A DNA stretch of 63,718 nucleotides, filler included, from Candidatus Coatesbacteria bacterium (GTDB lineage: Bacteria; JAFGND01): NCBI GenBank assembly GCA_016927185.1. It is 6 parts of 6 records of this genome, joined end to end, with 100 filler letters (N's around TTAATTAATTAA, not from the genome) between each part and the next. Parts side by side here need not be neighbours in the genome. Positions count along the whole stretch, not along the records: positions 1 to 16,069 come from JAFGND010000019.1; 5 more parts are not named here. One strand, 5' to 3'. The position numbers were made by a program, and so were the translations under genes. The notes beneath the pieces were generated by a model. It was not told the DNA's origin, did not search any database, and saw nothing but the letters and a program-made list of their open reading frames with translations. Positions 1-8,487 of the stretch are shown here, piece by piece (the stretch's first letter is position 1; the number at the start of each line of letters is the position of its first letter).

Positions 1-85
1 ATGGCTCCTCAAATATCCTGCGCATTTTGAGATCAAAAGTCCTCAAATATCCTGCGCATTGCCTTGTTTTTCTCTTATCTCGACA
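1..85. mobile_element. Terminal end of a multicopy transposable element (ends in ACA; two 21-bp internal direct repeats)
   Basis: Exact reverse complement of 48137-48221. TCCTCAAATATCCTGCGCATT occurs at 6-26 and 40-60. The copies lie at the window start and at a contig break. Confidence 0.7.
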
Positions 86-168
86 GAATGAGTTCATCAG
101 GAAAGATGGTCATACTTCAGTTGATTATCCTCTTGCCAAAAAACTGCATTATATTGACTTGAATCTAC

Positions 169-2781
169 ATGAATACTTTAATACTTATTATTATCGGGAG
201 CCTTATGGGCTCGCTTGAACCATGGATTGAAAACGCACCGCCTGATTACAAACCTGCATTCGAGAAAGCCAATAATGATTATGGAGATCCTGCATCACTT
301 CTGTCAGATACATATGCAATGATGCAGACTGCAGAGGAGAAAGAAGCTTTCTATTTTCTTGCATCCAATATAACACCAGGTGATCGGGTAAGAATGACAC
401 CTCAGGAGTTTGCAACACAGATAAAAGTTGCTGTTGATGCAAGAAACAAGTTTCCCTGGTGCAGGGAGCTCTCGAAAGAAATGTTCCAGCATTATGTTCT
501 TCCATACAGGGCTACCCAGGAACCTTTCGAGGATTTCAGGGGGGAATACTCCAGAGAACTTTTCAAGTTGCTTGAGAATACGAATGATTCTGAGGAAGCA
601 GTATATCTTGTAAATGAGTGGGTTGCATCAAAAATGACATACAAACCTACTGAAAGATATGATCAGGGACCATTATCTACAATCAAGAGAGGCTATGGAA
701 GATGCGAAGAAGAAACAATTCTTTTCATAGCGGCAGCAAGAACAGTTGGTATTCCAACAAGGCAATGCTATACTCCATACTGGACATTCACTGATTCAAA
801 TCATTCCTGGGTTCAGGTTTATGTAAAAGGGAGATGGTATGACCTGGGTCCTGGAGAGCTTACGTCGCTGAACAAGGCATGGTTCAGTGAAAGCAGGAAG
901 AGAGCTGCAGTTCTTGTAACACCAGTTTTCGGCAAGTACAAGGAAATGGAAAATGAAAAGGTTATAGAGAAGGGTCTTACATATTCAATACTTGCATCAC
1001 CTGATTACAAGCAGCCACTTAAAATAAAGATTCTTGATGAAAAGGGCAAAGCTGCTACTGGTTTCAAGATTTCAATAAATGTATACAATTTTGCAAACAT
1101 AAGGCTTTTGTATTCCCAGAAAACTGATGCAAATGGGGAAGCACAATTCTATGTAAATCAAGGAGATTACTATCTTCTTATATGGGATGATAAAATGCCA
1201 AATCTTTATGACTGGAAGAAAATTTCACAACCTTCAAGGGAAAACCCGATTGTAATAAAATACAAACCCAAACCTCTCCGAGATGAAGGATGGTTAAGGG
1301 TAATAAGAGTTAAACCTGAAAAAACCTCCCCTGATAATCGTTACACTCAGGGAGATATAAAAAATATTGAAAACAAAAGGAAACTGAAAGAGCAAGACTG
1401 GCAATCGTACAGAACAACTCTTGGGAAAGAGTTCACTGAAAAAACGAAAACGTATGATTTGCTTAAGGATTGCGGTGGAAACCTTCCCCTGCTTCTGGAG
1501 ATGTACAGGACATTGAGCCCGGAACAAAGGGAGGAATTCAAGAAAATAATAAACATCATGGCAGACAAGGATATAGCAACAATACAACCAGACGAATTGA
1601 AGGAGCATATAATTCTTTCAATGAAATACACAAGATCTTATCATGACAGCATTTACACTAATTACATTCTGCAGCCAAGGATTTATCTTGAATCCAGCCT
1701 CAGATGGAGAAAGAAATGTCTTGATGCTCAGCAGTCCTTGAAATCCAATACAATTGCCGAGAGAGTGAAGGAAATAAACGAATGGATAAACAGCAACTGC
1801 AAGGAGATAGACCCTGATTATATTTTTGGTGATTTTCCGAATGCAGGTGACATGACACTCCTTAAATGCGGTTCAAAAAAGCAGCTTGCAGTGCTTGCAG
1901 TAGGAATGCTTCGTTCAGCAGGAATTCCAGCGAGACTTTCTGAAAACAAGCAATGGGCTGAATATTATCATAACAATACTTTCAATCCACTTTATCCCAA
2001 AAATCCAGAACTGCTTGGTAAAAAAGAAGATAAGCAGGAAAATATATATAAACCTAAGGCTGCATTGCATATCGAATTTCGGCAGAAAGAGGAGAAACTG
2101 GGGAAATCCCATAGATATTATTATGATTTCACGATTTCACATTTCGAGAAAGGCAATTTTGAAGAGGCAGAGCCTGATACTTTTGATGGCGGGATATACA
2201 ATTTCAATCTCTCCCCATCAGAGCATGTTCTTGTTTACGGGCAAAGAAATGTTCATGGTGATGCATATATAAGAGCAATTCCATTCAAGTACAACCCTTC
2301 TTCGAAAAACAAGATGAATATTGATATAACGTTGCCTGACAAGGCAATAAGCAAGGATGATTTCTGCCTCAAGAGCATGGAGGATTTCAGCTGGCACAAA
2401 AGCAGTCAGATACCTGATATAATAAAAGGTGAATGGAAAAAGAAAGGTTTATTGCTTGTTTTCATAAGAAAGGACAATGAGGCAAGTACTTCTGCAATAA
2501 ACAGCCTCAGGAAAACCTTGCAGGTTCTGCATGAAAAGGGAATTGTAATAAAAATGATTACAAAAAGCAGTGATGCAGATCATTTCAAGAAACTGCTTGG
2601 GGAGATGGCTAACAAGATAATGTGGGTAGGAGAGAATGAAAGATTGAACAAGGATTTTCTTATAAGTTCTTATCCAACATACATTTATTTCACCAAACAG
2701 GGGGAGCTTAATCTCTATGCATCAGGTTTCAGCCTTTCCATTGGAAGCATTATTGAAAAAATAGTTCTTCAGAGCAAGTAA
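169..2781 (+). CDS. Transglutaminase-like domain protein (one intact and one degenerate TGase core), probably exported
   Basis: GRCEE catalytic Cys, NHSWVQV His, WYDL Asp. Second core MLRSAGIPAR lacks the Cys. Hydrophobic N-terminus. Confidence 0.8.
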   Translation: MNTLILIIIGSLMGSLEPWIENAPPDYKPAFEKANNDYGDPASLLSDTYAMMQTAEEKEAFYFLASNITPGDRVRMTPQEFATQIKVAVDARNKFPWCRELSKEMFQHYVLPYRATQEPFEDFRGEYSRELFKLLENTNDSEEAVYLVNEWVASKMTYKPTERYDQGPLSTIKRGYGRCEEETILFIAAARTVGIPTRQCYTPYWTFTDSNHSWVQVYVKGRWYDLGPGELTSLNKAWFSESRKRAAVLVTPVFGKYKEMENEKVIEKGLTYSILASPDYKQPLKIKILDEKGKAATGFKISINVYNFANIRLLYSQKTDANGEAQFYVNQGDYYLLIWDDKMPNLYDWKKISQPSRENPIVIKYKPKPLRDEGWLRVIRVKPEKTSPDNRYTQGDIKNIENKRKLKEQDWQSYRTTLGKEFTEKTKTYDLLKDCGGNLPLLLEMYRTLSPEQREEFKKIINIMADKDIATIQPDELKEHIILSMKYTRSYHDSIYTNYILQPRIYLESSLRWRKKCLDAQQSLKSNTIAERVKEINEWINSNCKEIDPDYIFGDFPNAGDMTLLKCGSKKQLAVLAVGMLRSAGIPARLSENKQWAEYYHNNTFNPLYPKNPELLGKKEDKQENIYKPKAALHIEFRQKEEKLGKSHRYYYDFTISHFEKGNFEEAEPDTFDGGIYNFNLSPSEHVLVYGQRNVHGDAYIRAIPFKYNPSSKNKMNIDITLPDKAISKDDFCLKSMEDFSWHKSSQIPDIIKGEWKKKGLLLVFIRKDNEASTSAINSLRKTLQVLHEKGIVIKMITKSSDADHFKKLLGEMANKIMWVGENERLNKDFLISSYPTYIYFTKQGELNLYASGFSLSIGSIIEKIVLQSK

Positions 2782-4736
2782 TGTTACTGGTACTTGTTTA
2801 TTATCTTGCATTAAGTATTTCTGCAGATATGAACAAGTCGGGGAATTTTTCTGACAATGAGTTATCATATCAGATATTGATACCTGAAAAGAGAGAATCC
2901 CCATCTTATTATATTATTGCAGGATATAAGGATGCAAGAATTTCAAACATCATCTGGCATCTGGAACATTCACCTTTATGGGAAAGTGCATCCATGTACA
3001 AGATGCTTTCCTGCTTTGCCTTTAACAAGAAATTGACTAACTCTATGGAGACCTTGAATATAATTATCAATCCATATGCCAGTAATGGGATAGTCAGGGA
3101 TGTGAAAGTGAAAAGCAGTGACTACAAGACTGATTTCCTTAAATATTCTGTTGCATTGAGTTTGCAAAGCAAGGAGAAACTGGATACAATTCCTTCATAT
3201 TATAATATGACACTTGAGCTTCCTGTCTGGCTGTCAAGACTTGGAATGTCTCTTGTAAACAAGGATACTCCCTTGCTTGAAGGTAGATACTCGACAATAC
3301 CATTCATTAATGCAATAACTGATCCTTCACTTGCATTAAGGGAAGGTTTCGCATGGGCTAACTATGTATATACATGGGAATCAATGGATTCTGCCTTCAA
3401 GGACAGGGGAATGAAAGATTTCAGGATAAATGACTTTGGAAATCCCAATAAATGGCAGGTGTTTCAGGATTTCAATAAATCTTTCTCTACGTTGAGATTG
3501 GGAGTTTACAGATATGGCTCTTTCATGTGGATGGCTTTTTATCTGAAACCTCTTGTTATTTCAGGAACAAAGAATAATCTTTTCCTTAAGAAAACAGTTA
3601 TTCCAGAAAGAATAAGATCCTCATATTCACCGTCGGAAATTCTTCAGTATCAATGGATTATGCCTCCAGAATACACTGATAAAAACAAGAATCTTCAACA
3701 AGCACTTTCTTCTACAGGTGTTTGTGCGTATTTCTTTCATGAATGCCTTACAGATTCAGTTCTTGCAAGCAATTATGTAGATGCGGACTTTTACAGGAGC
3801 TTTCTTCCGGGAAACAGAAGTCTTGATGAAGACAAACTGAAGGAGGTTTTCAGTAAATACCATAATGTCCGCTTGAAATTATACGCAGCTTTTTATATGC
3901 TTGATTTCAAAGCAGTTAACTCATATCTTTTGCATGAATTTGTCTGGCATTATTCAACTCTTTTCCCTGAAGATGAGAAGAGAATCAAGGAAATTTATCA
4001 TAATGCTACAGGATATGATTTCAGCATTATTCCAGCTCAGCAGATTAAACTTACAAGCGATTGTGTATTAGGAGGTTACGGGCTCTTCTTCCCTGGAACA
4101 AAAACTGTAGGTACTCCACATTCATTCAACCTGAATGCAGCAACTTATGGTGACTTGAAATCAATATCTGGAATAAGGCACGATGAGATAGTCAAATTGC
4201 TTGAAGTCATTGATAACAAGGGAATTAAGGATTTCAAGGAAATAGATAGTCTTGGCTTAAGCAGCAAGACAGTTGAAAACATTAAGTTGATGAAAGACAA
4301 GAAGTTAGAAGAAAAGAAATCTGACAGGAGAATTTCCATTGAGATTCTCAAGCTGTTTTCACTGCTTTATTTGAAATATAACATGCTGCCATTCGCAGTA
4401 TTGCTTCTCTTTTTGTTCCTGATTGATTACACAATAAGGAAATATAAAGCAGATATCGCTTCAGAAGGCTTGAGAATAATTACATTTCCAGTGATGCCAG
4501 TGAAATTTCTCAAATATACTATAACATTCATTTCAGCAGCATTGATACTTCTGCTTCTAAATGTCAAAGTGTTCTCGACGTTTTTCTATCTCTTTGTATC
4601 TCTTAGTATTATACAGTCCGGAATATCATTCATGATTTATTCTTTAAAAAAGAAAACCTATCCATTCAAGTACAAGATATTTCTTGTTGTGCTGGAGAAT
4701 GCTACGATGATATTTCTTATACTACTTTTTATTTAG
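2781..4736 (+). CDS. Hypothetical membrane protein with helix-hairpin-helix-like segment and C-terminal TM helices
   Basis: 651-aa ORF overlapping the upstream stop (TAATG). NLNAATYGDLKSISGI is HhH-like. Hydrophobic C-terminus. Confidence 0.6.
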   Translation: MLLVLVYYLALSISADMNKSGNFSDNELSYQILIPEKRESPSYYIIAGYKDARISNIIWHLEHSPLWESASMYKMLSCFAFNKKLTNSMETLNIIINPYASNGIVRDVKVKSSDYKTDFLKYSVALSLQSKEKLDTIPSYYNMTLELPVWLSRLGMSLVNKDTPLLEGRYSTIPFINAITDPSLALREGFAWANYVYTWESMDSAFKDRGMKDFRINDFGNPNKWQVFQDFNKSFSTLRLGVYRYGSFMWMAFYLKPLVISGTKNNLFLKKTVIPERIRSSYSPSEILQYQWIMPPEYTDKNKNLQQALSSTGVCAYFFHECLTDSVLASNYVDADFYRSFLPGNRSLDEDKLKEVFSKYHNVRLKLYAAFYMLDFKAVNSYLLHEFVWHYSTLFPEDEKRIKEIYHNATGYDFSIIPAQQIKLTSDCVLGGYGLFFPGTKTVGTPHSFNLNAATYGDLKSISGIRHDEIVKLLEVIDNKGIKDFKEIDSLGLSSKTVENIKLMKDKKLEEKKSDRRISIEILKLFSLLYLKYNMLPFAVLLLFLFLIDYTIRKYKADIASEGLRIITFPVMPVKFLKYTITFISAALILLLLNVKVFSTFFYLFVSLSIIQSGISFMIYSLKKKTYPFKYKIFLVVLENATMIFLILLFI

Positions 4737-5252
4737 CTTCTTGATTGCACCCCATGTAGTCTTTGGAATGTCAGTTTCATAGGCTTCAAGGAATTTTGCT
4801 TTCATTGTTTCATAATTCGTACTGTTATCTCTCCAGTAAAGCCTGTGAGCTCCATTGACAATGTAATTCAATGGAATATATTCATTATAAGAGTATCTGT
4901 TCCATGCTTGATCCGCACAATCATTAAGAAAGACAAGATTAGTATATTTTTCCTTGAATGGTTTTACAGAGCTCTTGCTATCGTAGAAAAGACAGAACCA
5001 GATACTTGAGGGATAATTCTGCTTTAGCTCTTTTGCAAGTTTGTCCAGCCAGGGTAACTCCTCGCAGCATGAATTTCAGTAAGGAGAAAACCAGTTCATG
5101 ACAATTACATAACCTTTGTAATCCCTTGACTTATAGAATTTGGTTGAATCAAAGTCCCATAGAGTGAAAGCTGGTGCTTCATCTCCAAGATTAGGTCCTT
5201 TTGCTGCAAGAATGGATGTTATCAAGATAGCAAAGACAATAGCATTTTTCAT
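4722..5252 (-). CDS. Putative selenoprotein: TlpA/ResA-like redoxin with UxxC motif (in-frame TGA at codon 59), signal peptide and C-terminal TWGAIK tail, 176 aa
   Basis: Manual translation MKNAIVFAIL...WFSPY(TGA)NSCCEELPWLDKLA...TTWGAIKKLNKK*. The TGA aligns with the first Cys of WFSPFCVYC in the adjacent paralogue. GGAGGAG RBS. Frame stays open and homologous after the TGA. Confidence 0.85.
5034..5066 (-). promoter_or_regulatory. Candidate bacterial SECIS hairpin
   Basis: mRNA UGCGAG-GAGUUACC-CUGGCU-GGACAAA-CUUGCA starts 9 nt after the UGA, with a G-containing apical loop about 24 nt downstream. The lower stem is absent in the Cys paralogue. Folded by eye. Confidence 0.55.
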
Positions 5253-5265
5253 TGCTCCTCCTTGT

Positions 5266-5733
5266 TTATTTCAGCTCGTCGATAGTTTGCTTCATTTCCT
5301 TCTGGCTTATTGAATTCGTTCTTAGAGAGACTTTTCCTTCCTTGTTTATTATATAATTCACTGGAAGGAATTTGTTGAAAACATAGGATTTCCATGCAAC
5401 ATTGTTTGAATCATCAAGAAAAACAAGGTTTTTGCATTTTTCCTGGAAAGGTTTTACTGATTGCCTGCTATTATAATACAACAGGAAGAAAACTACATTA
5501 GACTTCTTGTAATCAAGGGCTAGCTTGTCCAGCCATTTTATTTCCTGTCTGCAATAGACACAAAAAGGACTGAACCAGGTTAAGACAATGACCTTTCCTT
5601 TGTAATCGCTGAGTTTGTATTCCTTTTTCTTGCCAAAGCAGTGCAGCTTGAAGTCAGGGGCAGGATCTCCTTTCTGGACTGCTGCAAAAACAAGACTAAC
5701 TGCGAATAGAATAAGGATAATTGTATTTCTCAT
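5266..5733 (-). CDS. TlpA/ResA-family thiol-disulfide redoxin (CVYC), exported
   Basis: GDPAPDFKL...LSDYKGKVIVLTWFSPFCVYC...P.NYIINKEG; signal peptide. Confidence 0.88.
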   Translation of the reverse strand: MRNTIILILFAVSLVFAAVQKGDPAPDFKLHCFGKKKEYKLSDYKGKVIVLTWFSPFCVYCRQEIKWLDKLALDYKKSNVVFFLLYYNSRQSVKPFQEKCKNLVFLDDSNNVAWKSYVFNKFLPVNYIINKEGKVSLRTNSISQKEMKQTIDELK

Positions 5734-5803
5734 CTGAACCTCATTTAAAAAAAAATATGAATTCGATATATAAGTTTTTTGTCAAGAAGAGTCTTGCTGT
5801 GAA

Positions 5804-5837
5804 TTTAATATAGCCCATAGACATCATGGACTGACTT
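5804..5837. repeat. Dispersed ~30-bp intergenic motif TAATMTAGCCC.TAGACAT.ATGGACTGA, copy 1
   Basis: Similar copies at ~16293-16322, 52385-52418 and 63401-63432. Confidence 0.65.
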
Positions 5838-5858
5838 ATGGGGAAGTTATATCAAGTT

Positions 5859-5885
5859 GTTATCCTGAACTTGTTTCAGGGTCTC
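5859..5885. repeat. REP-like palindrome GTTATCCTGAACTTGTTTCAGGGTCTC
   Basis: Imperfect inverted repeat CCTGAA..TTCAGG just downstream of a gene end; resembles the widespread GTCATCCTGAACTTGTTTCAGG REP-like family. Confidence 0.55.
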
Positions 5886-5903
5886 ATTCCTTGTTTCCAC
5901 TTA

Positions 5904-6818
5904 CTACCTTACCTTCACCACCCTCTTGCATTCCTTCCCTGTCTTAATAATATAAACTCCCTGTTTCCAGCTGCTTGTATCAAGAGAATGCTTGCCTTTA
6001 TCTAGTTTCATTATTAGTTGCCCAGTCAAAGAATAGATAGCCCCTGAAGATGGCAGGGAGAGTGACAAGCGGGAGGAGAAGGGGTTGGGAGAAATGGAGA
6101 AGGATTTGGATGGAATATAAGATGTTGATTTGTTACTACTGTAACCAGTATTAATATAGGTTTCTATTGCATATAAATAATAATCATCACTTCCAACATA
6201 AACAATTCCAACTGCGATACAGGGAGAAGAATATACCCAACTACCTGTCTTATATTTCCATTTAAGAGTTCCTGTTGAGCAGTTTATTGCATTAAGATAA
6301 TGATCACAACTTCCAACATAGACAACTCCATCTGAAACACAAGGAGAGGACAAGTAAATCCAAAAATCTGTCTTATATCTCCATTTAAGAGTTCCATCAG
6401 AGCAGTTTATTGCATAAAGATAATCATCTCTACTTCCAATATAAACAACTCCATCAGAAACACAAGGAGAAGATTCAACCATTCCACCTGTCTGTTATCT
6501 CCATTTAAGACTTCCATCTGAGCAGTTTATTGCATAAAGATAATCATCCTCACTTCCAACGTAAACAACTCCTTCTGAAACACAAGGAGAAGAGTAAACC
6601 CGATCACCTGTCTTATATCTCCATTTAAGAGTTCCAGCTGAGCTGTTTATTGCATAAAGATAAGAATCATCACTTCCAACATAAACAACTCCATTTGCGA
6701 CACAAGGAGAAGAATGAACACCAGAACCTGTTTGATATCTCCATATCAAATCTCCGGGAGCTGAGAAAAGAAATCCTATTGAAAAAAGAATGAAAATAGA
6801 GATCAATAATGCTTTCAT
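5904..6818 (-). pseudogene. PQQ-like (BamB-type) beta-propeller repeat protein, 5 repeats plus T9SS-type CTD, interrupted by one in-frame TAA
   Basis: ORFs 6495-6818 and 5904-6482 are in the same frame. KWR*QTG has TAA where the other repeats have a Tyr codon. Confidence 0.8.
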
Positions 6819-6828
6819 TTTTACCTCC

Positions 6829-8109
6829 CTACATCTTTATAATTCTTTTTGATTTATTATTGCACTTCACAATATAAACTCCCATTCTCCATTTACTTGT
6901 GTCTATAGAATGCTTTCCTTTATCTAACTTCATAATCAGCTGACCAGTAAGGGAATATACAGCTCCTGAGGATGGTAGAGTTACTGACAGGTGGGAGGAG
7001 AAGGGATTGGGAGATATGGAGAAAGATTTAGCTGGAATTTTAATATCTGTTTTTTTATCCCTAAAGCCATCTTTATAAGTTTCTATGGCATAAAGGTTAT
7101 CATCATTACTTCCGACATATACAACTCCATCTGAAACACAAGGGGAAGAGGAAATACCTATTAAGTTTTCAATGCTATGTATACTTCCAAATCTCCACCT
7201 AAGAGATCCATCTGAGCAGTTTACTGCATAAAGATTATTATCATTACTTCCAACATATACAACTCCATCTGAAACACAAGGAGAAGAACTAATATAAGAT
7301 CCTGTTTGATATCTCCACTTAAGAGTTCCATCAGAGATATTTATTGCATAAAGATAATTATCATCACTCCCAACGTAAACAACTCCATCTAAGACACAAG
7401 GAGAGGAGTAAACATAATGACCTGTCTGATATCTCCATTTAAGAGTTCCATTAGAACAATTTATTGCATAAAGATAATTATCATTACTTCCAATATATAC
7501 AACTCCATCTGAAACACAAGGAGAAGAATTAACCCAAGCGCTTGTCTGATATCTCCATTTACGTTTTCCATTTGAGCTATTTACTGCATAAATCTCGCAA
7601 GACAAACTTCCAATATAAATAACTCCATCTGAGACACAAGGTGATGAAGTAAGAATATATGTCCAATATCTCCATTTAAAAGCTCCATCTGAACAATTTA
7701 TTGCATATAGATACTGGTCTTGACTTCCAACATAAACAACTCCATCTGAAACACAAGGTGAGGAGTAAATAACATTTTTCGTTAAATATCTCCATTTAAG
7801 AGTTCCATCAGAACAGTTTATTGCATAAAGATAACTATCATCACTCCCAACATAAACAACTCCATCTAAGATACAAGGTGAGGAGTCAACTTCATCACCT
7901 GTCCTATATCTCCATTTAAGAGTTCCATCAGAACAGTTTATTGCATAAAGATAATGATCATCACTCCCAAAATAAACAACTCCATCTGAGACACAAGGTG
8001 AGGAGTAAATATTATCACCTGTCTCATACTTCCATATCAAATCCCCTGGCGCTGAAAAGAGAAGATTATTCAAGTATAGCAGAAATAAGATAATTATTAA
8101 AATTCTCAT
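6829..8109 (-). CDS. Secreted PQQ-like beta-propeller protein (8 x 40-aa repeats) with T9SS type A-like CTD
   Basis: Repeats LKWRYxTGxxVxSSPCVSDGVVYVGSxDxxLYAINCSDG; signal peptide; C-terminal SPNPF...GVYIVK...KRIIKM. Confidence 0.9.
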   Translation of the reverse strand: MRILIIILFLLYLNNLLFSAPGDLIWKYETGDNIYSSPCVSDGVVYFGSDDHYLYAINCSDGTLKWRYRTGDEVDSSPCILDGVVYVGSDDSYLYAINCSDGTLKWRYLTKNVIYSSPCVSDGVVYVGSQDQYLYAINCSDGAFKWRYWTYILTSSPCVSDGVIYIGSLSCEIYAVNSSNGKRKWRYQTSAWVNSSPCVSDGVVYIGSNDNYLYAINCSNGTLKWRYQTGHYVYSSPCVLDGVVYVGSDDNYLYAINISDGTLKWRYQTGSYISSSPCVSDGVVYVGSNDNNLYAVNCSDGSLRWRFGSIHSIENLIGISSSPCVSDGVVYVGSNDDNLYAIETYKDGFRDKKTDIKIPAKSFSISPNPFSSHLSVTLPSSGAVYSLTGQLIMKLDKGKHSIDTSKWRMGVYIVKCNNKSKRIIKM

Positions 8110-8487
8110 ATTACCTCCTGCATTTCCTTCAAATCTTTATGAAATATGCATTTTGCATATTTTACATAATTCCGAGATTATTAAATTTCCAAATATTACT
8201 GAGAGGTAGAAAAAAACTAAAAAGTCAAGGAATTTTTATTCTTCTTGCTAAAAAAATATATCCTTGAAGCATGAATGCGGATAAATCAATGTCGATATTG
8301 AAAATCAAACTTAATTCCTTGAACGATATAAATTTTACTTTCTCAATAAAACTTTTTCATGTGAATATTATCACTTTCTTTCAATCCACCATATTAAAAA
8401 GGTTTTTCCACACTTAATTTCAAACAGCTCTTGACAAAAAAAACACAAACTCACTGCATATCTTAATATAAGGAAACAAGGAGTGCA

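Noticed and set aside
27-218. 63-aa ORF at the window start
   Set aside because: Runs through the transposon end and promoter region, TTG start, no recognisable motif
6495-6497. Stop-codon recoding or alternative genetic code in the split propeller gene
   Set aside because: TAA, TAG and TGA all end normal genes here. A lone TAA at a Tyr position is better explained by mutation or error, unlike the Cys-aligned TGA at 5076.
5904-8109. Regular 120-bp repeats as a CRISPR array or a DGR TR/VR pair
   Set aside because: They are in-frame coding repeats with no unique spacers. No cas gene, reverse transcriptase or non-coding template was found in the window.
8359-8411. Rex-operator-like ATGTGAATATTATCACTT and a single DnaA-box-like TTTTCCACA
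   Set aside because: Four mismatches to the Rex consensus and only one DnaA-like box in AT-rich DNA; compatible with chance
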